NCBI RefSeq assembly: GCF_009914755.1
Contig: NC_060925.1
Strand: one strand, 5' to 3'
DNA length: 64,000 bases
Source of the DNA: the human T2T-CHM13v2.0 reference genome, Homo sapiens
In this document: positions 28,438 through 46,253 of the stretch, piece after piece
Layout of the letters: every line of letters begins with the position of its first letter
Numbering within the stretch: position 1 is the first letter of the stretch
Translations under genes and position numbers: made by a program
The notes under the pieces: generated by a model
Told to the model about the DNA's origin: nothing
What the model saw: the letters and a program-made list of their open reading frames with translations, nothing else
The model's database searches: none

Positions 28438-30751
28438 TTACATTGCAGGTGGGGAAGGAGCCAATAAGCACCCTGTCTGACGCAGGGCCAGAATCCCAGG
28501 CAGATTTCAGGCGAGCCCACTTACTTCCTCCAATCAGCATAGAGGACTCGTGCTTGGAATCAGTGTGGAGATTCCAGAAGCTGTCTTTTGCCAGCTGTGA
28601 ACCTCAAAGCACAGGCCCCGGGGGAAGGAAACAATGGTGGGTTCATGGCAAACTTGTGGAAATTTCTGAGCTACAATAATTTCCCCCTAATCTTCAAGCC
28701 AAAGTTTTGGAAAACTTCTTAGAATATGGAAACTGAAACTTCCTTGGCTCTTCAAAAAAAGGTTGACCCTGCCATAGAGAGAGAGAAATGAGAGAAAGCT
28801 CTGTAGTGTCTTCCCCAGGAGACACCTGAGCACACAACCTTCCTTATTAACTGTGAAGGAAACCAAGTTTGTAGTTGGTAACTTTGCTTGTCACAGAGCC
28901 TATACATTTGTAGATCATTTAGCTTATTGACCTGAATGTTCTCATCTTTAGGGGAAAAAATAGTTTAATTAATTCACAATAAAAATCCTCCATTTCATAG
29001 AAGATAATATGATATAACCCAAACAGAATCGAATGTGTGATATGATGCCGTCATCAGCATGCAGCAGCCTTAAAAATTACAGTATCTGACCTTAATATGT
29101 GCGAATCTATCAGGATTCCATTGTCGACATGTATATTTTTCAATATTCTTCTCTGAGCTGAAATCATGTCATTTATATGCAAATGACCACATCTTCAGCA
29201 GCTGCTCCTTCTCCGTTGAAGCCCAGGGACTTATTTGCACTTAATAAAGCCTCATAAATAGGTTTTTCCTCTAAATGGGTGGGGTAGCAGGAAACCCACT
29301 GCAGCCTTTTACAGTTACAAGCTTCTTTTTGTTTTGAAAGTGAGAGCAGCCACCTCTAACAGAATGGTTCTCAGTTGTTAGAGAAACGCAGTTCCTCATT
29401 CAGCTGCTCTCCCCTTTCCCTCCTTAGAAAAAAAAATGCCCTTTTCCTTGATGGTACCTTCTTTCCCATTGCAGCTGTAGGTATGGTACAATCTCCAGTC
29501 TGAGTTGGAATTTAATCCAGACTTCATTACAAGGAGAGGTGTCCTCTGAGCACAGTCTCTTGCCAGGTGGTAAGGGCAGGTGTTCAACTGGGAAAGACCT
29601 CCCAAGCTCCCATCAGGCTGTCCTGTCTGGGGAGGAGGAGGGGTAACTCCTGGCAGGTGGAGAAGAATTTTTCCTTTTACAAGTTATAAGATTCTCTTTG
29701 AAAACACTCTATATAGGGAAGGGACAGTGTATGGAGACTATTTGTACACTCTGATTGCGCAATCAAACAGCAATAAGAGAGCATTGAGAACTCACCGTTA
29801 AGTCATGTGATAATCACATAGTACTTCTCCTTCTGACCCCATCCCCACCCTCATCCCACCCCTATTTTCGTAGCTGGTCATTCTTTTTCAAGAGAACTGG
29901 ATGGAAAAGGAAAAGATTATATGTACTTGGTGTGCATATATCATGAATTCTACCCATTATCTTATAATGCACCTATAAAAATCACTCATGCATCTACTGT
30001 GGGGTCAATAGAAATATTCCATTTACCATTTAAGACATGTTTTTTAAAAGCAGAAAAATATTATAGCATAATTGTCTCCTGCTGTCAGATGCAAGACAAA
30101 CCTGGGCACTTATGAAAAATAAATAATGATGGAAAGCAGGATCGTTTATTTTTAAAGCACTGGCTCACTGACTGCTGATTTGGTAATAATGACCTATTAT
30201 CCTTGTCAGAGTAATAGACTGTTTCTGGAGCTTCATTTCTGGTGTGTGAGCAACTGGCATAGTAGAGATGATTATACTGTTTGATAAATGTGCATAATCA
30301 TTGAAGACACTGGTTGACAATACTATCATTAAATTGTCACCAGCTTGGTAAAGAGACAAACATCTCTGCCATGGCAACCTATCAGAGATGTTAATAACTG
30401 CAAAAACCTCCAAGCACAATATTAATGTAGAAAACTGAAGACATACACACATACACACATCCACCTCAAAATTCAGACACTGGAAGCAAAGTGCTGCCAG
30501 GGATGATTTGGAGGGGAATGAAATCTGGCCCTATAGGTCAGGAATCTTGGGCTCTAGTCTCATTTCTCTGAGCCTCAGTTTCCTTAATTTAAAAAATCAT
30601 TTCTGTCCCCTAAGTTATTTATATGCCTAATTATATATATATATTTCATACATACATGTACAGTGATACATAAGTTTTATAATTTATAGATTATATATAC
30701 ATTACAAACATATATATAGTTACAAAACATCTTAGATACATCAATCAGTCC

Positions 30752-30926
30752 CTTTCTTTTCTTTTTTTTTTTTTTTTTAGATACAGGGTCTTACTCTGTC
30801 ACCCACACTGGATTGCAGTGCTGTGATCATAACTCACTGCAGCCTCCAACTCCTGGGCTCAAGGGAGCCTCCTGTGCTAGCCTCCCAAAGTGCTGGGATT
30901 ACAGGCATGAGCCATCATACCTGGCT
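30752..30926 (-). mobile_element. Alu monomer (FRAM-like)
   Basis: Single ~145-bp arm plus T tail; TSD aatcagtcc at 30743-30751 and 30928-30936. Confidence 0.85.
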
Positions 30927-31139
30927 GAATCAGTCCTAATCTAGAGGATAAGAATCACTGGAAAGCTTAAAAACATGTAGGTGCTCCACCCTCATCCCCA
31001 GAGATTCTAATTCATTTTGTCTTAATCAGGCATAGATGTCATTATTCTTAAGTGTCCCCAGGTGATTCTGGTTCTTCTAGTGTGGTGAGCTCCTCCTAAC
31101 TTTATCCATCCATTAACTATTTAAAATCTTTTAGTCTCT

Positions 31140-31625
<486 letters not shown>

Positions 31626-32401
31626 GGGCTTAACAGTAGAGACAGAGAAATTGGTCACCACACAGTATTCCTTTTCAAATGTCTGCACAATACTCAATAA
31701 TGTGAACCAGGCTCCCTTTGAAATAGTCAAGGAAGAGAAAGTGAATCTCAGCCCTCATGTGAACGGACAGCAGCTCAAGTCAAATCAGTTCTGTCCCACA
31801 GGGAATGGCAGCTGAGCTCAGTAGCCATGACTGCACTTTCCCTGTGGTCACCATTGCTGGCAGTACTGTGGCCAGTTCCTGCCCAATCCATCGAACATTG
31901 GCCTCCAAATTGGGCACAGGTGGGTCCACCAGCCCAACACCCCCATGCCGCAGAACAGTGACAGTGTGCATTATGGCTGGGCTGCTTACAACACTCAGCC
32001 CTGTCTCCTCACCAGCCATAATCAGCAACATGGAAAGTTCCACTTCTGACCTTTAGGCCTCTCAAAAATGCATGGTGTTCCTCACCTTCATCACAGTGGG
32101 ATTCTGCTGAACCACCTCTTAGATCTTTGGGCCATGTTTCAGTTGTAGGACAAAGAACACACAGGATCTAATGAATGACTGATCCTAGGATCTTAATGTT
32201 GATCTAGTCCAGGCTTCTGTCTGCAGAGTGGAATCCTCTCCACAAAGTCCTGTCAGGTGGTGGTTTTCTCTGTGCTTGAACATCTCTAGGGATGAAAGCA
32301 ATGACTTATACTGGACGAGAGAGAAAAAAGCCCTTTTATCTGAGGAATGTGAGCCCCTTTAAATGATCAGGCCCAGAAAGGCATTCAAAATGTAACGCCA
32401 A

Positions 32402-32782
<381 letters not shown>

Positions 32783-32837
32783 CTATGTGAGCTCTAGAAT
32801 AACTGATGCCAAGTAACCATAAAAATGCCATCCACCC

Positions 32838-33250
32838 TGTCTTAGTCCATATTCATTGCTGTCAAGGAATACCTGAGACTGGGTAATTGATAAAGAAAAG
32901 CAGTTTATTTTGGCTAACGGTTGTGCAGACTGTACAGAAAGCATGGTGCCAGCATCTGCTCCTGGTCAGGCCTCAGGAAGCTTCCAATTGTAGTGAAGGT
33001 AAAGTGGGAACAGGCATGTCACATGGCAAGAGAAGGATCAAGCGGGAGGGAGGTGCCAGACTCTTTTTAAACAACCAGATCTCGTATGAACTCAGAGCAA
33101 GAACTCCTTCATTACCACCAGGAGGGCACCAAGCCATTCATGCAGGATTTGCCCATATGATGCAAACGCCTCCCATCAGACCCCACCTCCAACCCTGGGG
33201 ATCACATTTCAACATGAAATTTGGAGAGTATGAACATCCAAACTATATCA
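32838..33250 (-). mobile_element. MST-type MaLR solo LTR inside the LTR
   Basis: TG...CA termini; 5-bp TSD CACCC at 32833-32837 and 33251-33255. Confidence 0.92.
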
Positions 33251-33539
33251 CACCCTGTAGTTTAATAATATATAGCCAGTAACTACCAATGTTATTTCTG
33301 TAAACTAAGGAGAATTCCTGATGAACAACTTTTGTAATCACCCCCTCTCCTAATTTGTCCTTTTTTCCTTTAAAATCTTGAGTATCTCTTTTGTTCTCTG
33401 GAACACTCCCCAAGGCAACTTGGAAGTGTGTCCTGGGCTGGAGTCCTCAATCTTTGCGCTTGAATAAACTCTCTTTAAATAACATTCTAATTCTCTAATT
33501 ATCTATACACTCAGCTGAAAAAAGCCAGCCGGAGAATAA

Positions 33540-34264
<725 letters not shown>

Positions 34265-34489
34265 TAAAAAAGTTTTTGATAAAATCACATATTTACAAGA
34301 GGAAAACAAGATTGTCTGAAACAATTTCTAAATTGAAAAATACTGCCAGCATTGATTTTCAGTTAGGTTTCCTATGAGGAACACAGGTTTTCCTGTTGGT
34401 TCCTTCATCCTGCATCCATCTGATAGGCAGATACTTTTTAGAATTATACAATACCCACATTTCTTTCTCTTAAAAGAGGGGTAATCACT

Positions 34490-34640
34490 CTGTGGTTCAC
34501 CCTCCATGTGTACATTGAAAAATGTGCATGCCATTTCTCCTATTAATCTCCTTTTGTGAGTTCATTTTTCAGTGAAACTTCAGAGGGTGAAGGGGGAAGC
34601 TTTCCCTTGGCCTATACAGCTTTGGTGCCATGAGCAGGAT
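34490..34640 (+). mobile_element. 3' end of a second LTR type (MER39-like) followed by a tRNA-Ser(CGA)-like PBS
   Basis: 'ttctcctattaatct...cttcagaggg..ttcccttggcctataca' then tggtgccatgagcaggat (34623-34640; 15/18 match to TGGCGCTGTGAGCAGGAT). Confidence 0.6.
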
Positions 34641-34881
34641 ACCAAAGCTTCTCTGCTAGAAGCCACAGTGAAGGGAACCAGCAAAGAGGTAAGATTTTTT
34701 AACCAGACAGGCTCACAGTCTCTCTTTCTGTGAAGTCTGATTTGAGGCAAGAAAATAGGGTCTGGAGGCAGGGAACATAAGACGGATTCACACTTCAGCT
34801 ATGACAGGAAATAACCTCTTCATAGGGCGTACGCCAAGTAAATGACCTTGTAACTTTACTTCATCCTCCCCATTTACATAG

Positions 34882-35322
34882 TGTTATATATAAAGTTTCG
34901 GTGCCGCAAAAGAAATAGCACTCGAATATAAAATTTTCTTAATTCTCAACAAGGCAAGGTACTTCTACAGAAGGGTGTGTGCCTTTACAGATGGAGCAAT
35001 GGTAAGGGCACACTTGGACAAGGGAGGGGAAGGGGTTCTTATCGCTGACACACGTGGCCCCTGCTGCGTCATTCCCCTATTGGCTAGGGTTAGACCGCAC
35101 AGGCTAAGCTAATTCTGGTTGGCTAATTTAAAGAGAATGACGGGGTGAGTGCTTTGGCAGGAGTCAGGGCAGAGCAGGTAGCAGGCAATCGGAATGAGTC
35201 AGGGTAGAGTAGGTAATCGAAAAAGCTTGCTTTACGAGGAAGTTGAAAAGTAGAAGGCAAAGAATTGAACATACTGACATATTAATTTTTTTAAAAGACA
35301 CTTAGAACTCAGGTTGTTAGCA
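34882..35322 (-). mobile_element. LTR10 (LTR10A/F-like), the 3' LTR of HERV-I
   Basis: The minus strand ends ...cggcaccgaaactttatatataaca; repeat units 'ccctgactcattccgatt' with AP-1 TGAGTCA at 35195-35201; PPT adjacent. Confidence 0.85.
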
Positions 35323-35388
35323 ACCTCTCCCCTTGTATTTCCTTACAGCTTTCTTTTCAAACTTTTTTTTTTTTTAACATGTCTTGAC

Positions 35389-36640
35389 TTAGTTGTTTTG
35401 CTTGATTTCCAAAAGAAGAAGCTTCCATGGATAAGGTGGAGGATAGTTAAGGGAGGTTTTAGTAAGTGCTGATTTTATGAGCCTCTGCATCAACTTACAG
35501 ATGCATGGTATGACACAGCACCTGACAATAATAAGTATACCTATTACGGCTGCGAGGGAAGTAAGAATTGAGGCTATTATTCTTCCATTTACTGAACTAC
35601 TTTTCCAGCCATCCTGTAAAGGGGTCATTTACCCCTGAGTTGCTGGCTAACTCATTGGATAGAGCAGTCAGATCTTGCAATGCCTTTGTTATACTTCCAT
35701 TAAGGGCGGTGTTGTTTGGGATGAAGGTGGAACATTGAGTTTTAATCATAACGCAAACGCCTCCTCTTTCTGCTAATGTCATGTCTAAGGCTATCCTATT
35801 TTCCCAAGCTATCTGGCTAGTAGCCCTTAATTGTTCAGCTATTCCTTTAACAGCATCTCTAGTGTAGTTAATAAATTGCTGCTGGTTGTAATAGATGTAG
35901 TTTATCTAATCTATATTTTTATTAATTTTCACCCACAAAAATATAGACTCAAATCCTGCAGCTATTTGATTTTGGGCTTTAAATTGATCTGGTATTCCCC
36001 GTGGGACTCTAATTGTGTCTAAATAGACATGAGAGTTGAAAGACCTATAAGGGGCTTCTCTCGCTTTACGATGTCTTATTTTTCCTTCCCTCTGGTTGAT
36101 GAAATGCCAGGATGAAAGGGATAGCCAATTGGATTAAAGCACAAGTGCCACTCTAGTTATTTGGCAGAATGTCCAGTAAAGGTCCACCACAATACCACCT
36201 CACATCCACTCGGGGATGAACAAAGGCTGATTGATAAGCTCTTGAAAATACTTAAGCTCACTGCATCCCTTCAGGTCTCCAAGGAATGCTAAGTTTCCTC
36301 CCTGTCATGAGAGACACAAAGTGAACTTAGTGTTGGGAGACAGAAGCTGGATGGCCCTCGGGGGCTGACTCGCGGGGTGCCTGACTTCAGGATATAACAG
36401 AGAGAGAGCTTGGCACGACTTATTACTCCAGGCTGTAGAATCCTAGAAAAGAGCTACCATGCAGCCCATGCCTAGTCGACTGGAGGACCACCTTAGTGGA
36501 AAGGGGACAATCTGGGCCTCTGGCCTGCCATGTGTGCAAGCATAATAATAGCTTTTGTTAAACGTGTGGACAGAATATTTGATCCATTCTAACCAGGCAT
36601 TTGCATGTTGGTATCCTGTCTTAATTGCCAAAGTTTGTTT
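35389..36640 (-). pseudogene. HERV-I env remnant
   Basis: Fragments 35389-35628, 35597-35782 and 36443-36631, with an immunosuppressive-domain and CX6CC-like region. Confidence 0.8.
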
Positions 36641-39253
36641 TAAGTCTTTAACTTCTATGATCCTCTAGTAAAATGAATGTATGGTTTTAGGAAATTACAA
36701 AAACTGGTTGGGAAAGTCCATCCTTGCTCTTTAGTGGTCCACAGAACGTTGGACCAACTACGGCATGAAAGCTCTCCATCAGAGGGCAGGACTCCTGGTT
36801 GGCACTGGGGTGTTTATCGAAATCTCCCCAGATTAAATGGTCCTAATTTACTAGTGCCCAGTCTGAGGAGAGTCAGGAGGGACAGAGGTACTTTTCTGAA
36901 GTAGAAAGCTGTCTTTGGCTTGGCAAGTCCCCACAGGGTATAACAAGGCAAGCATTAAATGCAATAGTTTGAGGTGAAATTGACTTGGTTATGTCATAAC
37001 TAGATGGTCAGCAGTAGAGCGAGGAAAGAAGAAAGTAATAGAATAGATGAAAGAGAGTTAAATTTTTCTTAGCTTTAGTTTGGTAGGGTTTTCCCCCGGG
37101 ACTATGGCCTTCGACTCTGGAGGGGATGGCACTTTCTTGACTCGGGTGTGAGTCCATCCCCTTTCCGCTGTATGAACAGCAGTCTCGGTGGTTAACGGAA
37201 CAAGGTAGGGTCCTTCCCAGGCCATCTCGAGTATTCCTTTTTCCCAACTTTTGATGAGAACGTGATCATCAGGCTGGTGCTGGTTTACTGGAAATTCTAG
37301 GGGTGGTACCTGTGCTAAAAGACTTCTAGTTTTGAGGGAAAGGAAAGTGGAAGATAAACCAAGTATATAATTTCTAAGAAACTGATCTTGTGTTTTAAGT
37401 GTGGGGACATCAGCTGTGGACTTTATAGTCCTTGGCGCCTTTTTACTGAGAAATTTCTTTTAGCATCAATTTTTATTATTTTTAGACCAAAGAAAGTCAA
37501 ACACCATTTTATATTTAACAATATATATAAACCTGTGTGATTTTATACCAGATAAGCTAAATTTCACCTTTATATTAGTGTGTTATTAATGTTAAACTTA
37601 AGTTTAATAAAACCTTATAGACATATTTATCCAATTTTTAATGTCTGACCATAAGATTTTTATAGACTCTTTTTAACCTTTTATAATTTTTGTTAATGAG
37701 CAGGTTAGTGCTTTAAGAAAAACCCACTGTGCTTTTATTTTAATGTCCAGTTCACAGAAAAACTGGATACCTTTTTAACTTTAGCCAATATGTTTACACA
37801 CAGAATTTCCTTTACAATTAACGTTTTAAAACTTGCTTAAACCTTCAAAACAAAATTTTTTTAACCTTTTAATGTAGGTAAAAGTCCACATTCTTATGCC
37901 TCTTTATAATCCTTTTACCAAAAGTATATTTTGCCTTCCTTATACACCTTGCACACAAACTGTTTCATCAATAGTTTTACATTTAGGAGGCCTAATTACT
38001 TCTAAATTATACAATATTTCTTGCATAAATTCCCTTTTATAACTTTTTTTTTCAAAGTTTTCACAATCTTCAACATGCCTCAACCTTCTGACTTGTTGCA
38101 AACATCCCTTTCTTTAAACAACCAGTTAATTTATTTTAGGACAAGAATTTACCATATAACATTTTTTATATACATTCTTCCCCCCACCTTTTTTTTTTCT
38201 AAAGATGATAACCATTCTTCTCCAAAACGAACTTCCTTCATGTCCGTGGACTAGACTACCTAAGGCCACAAGATTAGAAGTTAGGATAATACAGGTTACA
38301 CTGTTAACTTTTAGCAAACTTTACTTTTGTTGAAAACCTTGTAAGTTGGGGATTTCAATTATTTGCTATTAATAAAACCTTGTTTAGTCCAAATTAACTT
38401 AGGATTGGTATAGATGGTTCCTTCTTGGTTCTGTAAGTACTTTAAGGCTTGGCTGAGTGCAAATAGCAGGCACATTTGAACAGACCAATTATTAGGCAAT
38501 TTTCCTAACTCTGCTTCTACAAGAGTTTCCTTATCACTTACTGGATACCAATTGTGTCTTTTTCTCTCAATCACCCGCGAGGAACAGTCTATCATCCTGA
38601 CCTAGAGAGTTCTGCCTAGGTCTGGTCCAACCTTTGTATAGTCATTAATTAAGATTTAGATCCCCTGTTAGGAAACCTGCTGGGTTAAGGGAATTTTTAG
38701 TGGTTAATGTTGAATCTTTTTTTTTTTTTTTAACAGAATAGCCTCATACTTTCTTCTGTTAGCAAAGCAGTTGTTGCCACAGATGAATGTATTTGGGGCA
38801 TCCGCAGGTTACTGGGTTAAGGATTTTTGATAGGAAGGGTATGGGTTGTTAGTGGCCTTGGTGCTTTCGGGCTACGCCCTTGTTTACACTGACAACAAGA
38901 TGGTATTGGAGTGTTACAGGGTCACGGAGAAGACCTTTAATTATCAATTATAGGTTTTAAATTTACCCTGGCTTTTAAAGAACTAGGGTACACTGTTTTT
39001 TCTTTACTACTTCTATCTCTCTCTCTGACTTTGTGTCTCTCTCCTTCTCTCTCTTTGACTCCCTCTTTGTCTCTCTGCCTCTCTTTTCCCTCTCTCTCTT
39101 TCTCTTGTCTCTGTCTCTCTCTCTCCCTCTCTCCCTCTCTCTCTCCTTCCCCTTCCCCTAGGGGAGGGACTGGCAGGAGTGAAACTGCTCTTTCTTCCCC
39201 TGAGAAGAAAGGAAAGAAGTGGTTTGTGTGAGGTTCAACCCTTGAAATTAGCA

Positions 39254-39530
39254 GAAGGCTCAACCCCTCAAACCAGGGATGTCTCGCCTTGCCTTCCCTG
39301 GAAGGCTCAACCCCTCACACCACGGAGTGTCTTGCCTGTCCTGAAAGGCTCAACCCCTCAAACCAGGGAGTGTCTTGCCTGTCCTGGAAGGCTCAATCTC
39401 TCAAACCAGGGGGTGTCTTGCCTGTCCTGGAAGGCTCAACCCCTTAAACCAGGGGATGTCTTGCCTTGCCTGCCCTGGAAGGCTCAACCCCTCAAACCAG
39501 GGGGTGTCTTACCTTATTTGTCCTGGGAGG
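39254..39530. repeat. Tandem repeat of about six 43-48-bp units in the ERV leader
   Basis: Unit ggaaggctcaacccctcaaaccagggggtgtcttgcc(ttgcc)tgtcct. Confidence 0.95.
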
Positions 39531-40151
39531 TTGATCTGTTTCCCCCCTTTCCCCCACTGAAGGTTCTTTGATACACTTCCCACTTGTGCTGTCCTCTCTG
39601 GCTGCTCCCCCAAGTGAGAATTAGGCCCTTCTTAGTGTTGGCATGCTGGTATAAATCCCATGGCAGGACCTGCCCTAAGCCATATGAGGTAGCTACGGAA
39701 CCGCAGAGAAGACCCACTCACTCTGTCCAGCAGTAGGACTTGTCACCATCCACACGAACAACACCACAAGCAGGGTTGTTTGTGATCATTCACACACACA
39801 CACACACACATTTAGCCCTCCAGAATTTGAATATAAAATATTCAATATGTGGGGTTTTGGGGGCCCTAGGTAACACTGTAGCCTTCAGGGTAAATTGAGT
39901 ATGAAAATTTAGGTTCAGGGCAGACTGCCTCCTCAAGTGGTTCCCTGACCCCTGACCCCCGAGCAGCCTAACTGGGAGGCACCCCCCAGCAGGGGCACAC
40001 TGACACCTCACACGGCAGGGTATTCCAACAGACCTGCAGCTGAGGGTCCTGTCTGTTAGAAGGAAAACTAACAAACAGAAAGGACATCCACACCGAAAAC
40101 CCATCTGTACATCACCATCATCAAAGACCAAAAGTAGATAAAACCACAAAG

Positions 40152-41168
40152 ATGGGGAAAAAACAGAACAGAAAAACTGGAAACTCTAAAACGCAGAGCG
40201 CCTCTCCTCCTCCAAAGGAACGCAGTTCCTCACCAGCAACGGAACAAAGCTGGTTGGAGAATGACTTTGACGAGCTGAGAGAAGAAGCCTTCAGACGATC
40301 AAATTACTCTGAGCTACGGGAGGACATTCAAACCAAAGGCAAAGAAGTTGAAAACTTTGAAAAAAATTTAGAAGAATGTATAACTAGAATAACCAATACA
40401 GAGAAGTGCTTAAAGGAGCTGATGGAGCTGAAAACCAAGGTTCGAGAACTACGTGAAGAATGCAGAAGCCTCAGGAGCCGATGCGATCAACTGGAAGAAA
40501 GGGTATCAGCAATGGAAGATGAAATGAATGAAATGAAGCGAGAAGGGAAGGTTAGAGAAAAAAGAATAAAAAGAAATGAGCAAAGCCTCCAAGAAATATG
40601 GGACTATGTGAAAAGACCAAATCTACGTCTGATTGGTGTACCTGAAAGTGATGCGGAGAATGGAACCAAGTTGGAAAACACTCTACAGGATATTATCCAG
40701 GAGAACTTCCCCAATCTAGCAAGGCAGGCTAACGTTCAGATTCAGGAAATACAGAGAACGCCACAAAGATACTCCTCGAGAAGAGCAACTCCAAGACACA
40801 TAATTGTCAGATTCACCAAAGTTGAAATGAAGGAAAAAATGTTAAGGGCAGCCAGAGAGAAAGGTCGGGTTACCCTCAAAGGGAAGCCCATCAGACTAAC
40901 AGCGGATCTCTCAGCAGAAACCCTACAAGCCAGAAGAGAGTGGGGGCCAATATTCAACATTCTTAAAGAAAAGAATTTTCAACCCAGAATTTCATATCCA
41001 GCCAAACTAAGCTTCATAAGTGAAGGAGAAATAAAATACTTTACAGACAAGCAAATGCTGAGAGATTTTGTCACCACCAGGCCTGCCCTAAAAGAGCTCC
41101 TGAAGGAAGCGCTAAACATGGAAAGGAACAACCGGTACCAGCCGCTGCAAAATCATGCCAAAATGTAA
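40152..41168 (+). CDS. L1 ORF1p, intact 338 aa (coiled coil, RRM, CTD)
   Basis: Full-length ORF MGKKQNRK...QNHAKM with the REKG, ARR and YPAKLS motifs. Confidence 0.95.
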   Translation: MGKKQNRKTGNSKTQSASPPPKERSSSPATEQSWLENDFDELREEAFRRSNYSELREDIQTKGKEVENFEKNLEECITRITNTEKCLKELMELKTKVRELREECRSLRSRCDQLEERVSAMEDEMNEMKREGKVREKRIKRNEQSLQEIWDYVKRPNLRLIGVPESDAENGTKLENTLQDIIQENFPNLARQANVQIQEIQRTPQRYSSRRATPRHIIVRFTKVEMKEKMLRAAREKGRVTLKGKPIRLTADLSAETLQARREWGPIFNILKEKNFQPRISYPAKLSFISEGEIKYFTDKQMLRDFVTTRPALKELLKEALNMERNNRYQPLQNHAKM

Positions 41169-41204
41169 AGACCATCGAGACTAGGAAGAAACTGCATCAA
41201 CTAA

Positions 41205-44708
<3,504 letters not shown>

Positions 44709-44810
44709 TTCCTCAGGGATCTAGAACTAGAAATACCATTTGACCCAGCCATCCCATTACTGGGTATATACCCAAATGACTATAAATCATGCTGCTATAA
44801 AGACACATGC

Positions 44811-45241
<431 letters not shown>

Positions 45242-45602
45242 CTATGCAGCCATAAAAAATGATGAGTTCATGTCCTTTGTAGGGACATGGATGAAATTGG
45301 AAATCATCATTCTCAGTAAACTATCGCAAGAACAAAAAACCAAACACCGCATATTCTCACTCATAGGTGGGAATTGAACAATGAGATCACATGGACACAG
45401 GAAGGGGAATATCACACTCTGGGGACTGTGGTGGGGTGGGGGGAGGGGGGAGGGATAGCATTGGGAGATATACCTAAGGCTAGATGATGAGTTAGTGGGT
45501 GCAGCGCACCAGCATGGCACATGTATACATATGTAACTAACCTGCACAATGTGCACATGTACCCTAAAACTTAAAGTACAATAAAAAAAAAAAAGAAAAA
45601 AA

Positions 45603-45749
45603 TAATAATATACATAGTACCTTACATGGAATCTGAGCTCTGGATATCACTAATGTAAATTTAGGAAGCAAAACCACACATTCTGTTTTGTTCTATGTTG
45701 TTAGGTCAACCTGTCTGCCAGTTGAAACCCAATAAAATATAAATAATAC
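45603..45749 (+). other. L1 3'-transduced non-L1 sequence
   Basis: Lies between the L1 A tail (45583-45602) and a second A14 tail (45750-45763); AATAAA at 45731-45736; inside the TSD. Confidence 0.92.
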
Positions 45750-46253
45750 AAAAAAAAAAAAAAGAAAATTTAGGTTCAGTTTTTGTTTATTTATTTTTGC
45801 TTCTAGTGTTCATTTGTTGGCTGTTTATTCTCCTCTGGCTTTGCTTATGTATCCTATCCATATATATAAAACCATGCTAGTGGAAGGCTTTTATTTGGTT
45901 CTGTGAATAGTTGTTTCCTATGCATTTCTAGCAAGTCGTCATTCATTCCTTTTGTCTGGAATTCCTGAGCTACCTTTGTCGGGTTGCAGAATTAATGGAG
46001 CATGCCAGTTTTTTATCCTTAAACTAACTTTTCAGATTTTAGGCTTCCTGATACTTTAACTGTGTTGAGTATACCCTTACAAATAGAATTTGAGTCATAT
46101 TTCTCTCTCTGCCTAGTTTCTCCAAAATTTGTAAACTATCTATGAATATTCTTAATTCATGGCAATGTATTTGTTTGCATACAGTCAGACAGGGTCGCCA
46201 GGACCACTCAGGGAGAAAGAACCCAGAAAACTGGCATGCCAGCAAAAGGGTAA

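Larger units (their letters stand above)
35323..39830 (-). mobile_element. HERV-I (HERVIP10F/FH-like) internal region lacking its 5' LTR
   Basis: Env TM remnant (LAERGGVCVMIKTQCSTFIPNNT), env SU, IN C-terminus, RNase H remnant (38359-38595), a (CT)n tract and leader repeats. Confidence 0.8.

Noticed and set aside
39254-39530. CRISPR-like periodic array
   Set aside because: Units are head-to-tail with no unique spacers, there are no cas genes, and it lies in a primate ERV leader
39790-40149. Antisense ORF in the L1 5' UTR as possible ORF0
   Set aside because: ORF0 and the antisense promoter lie further 5', in the part truncated from this copy
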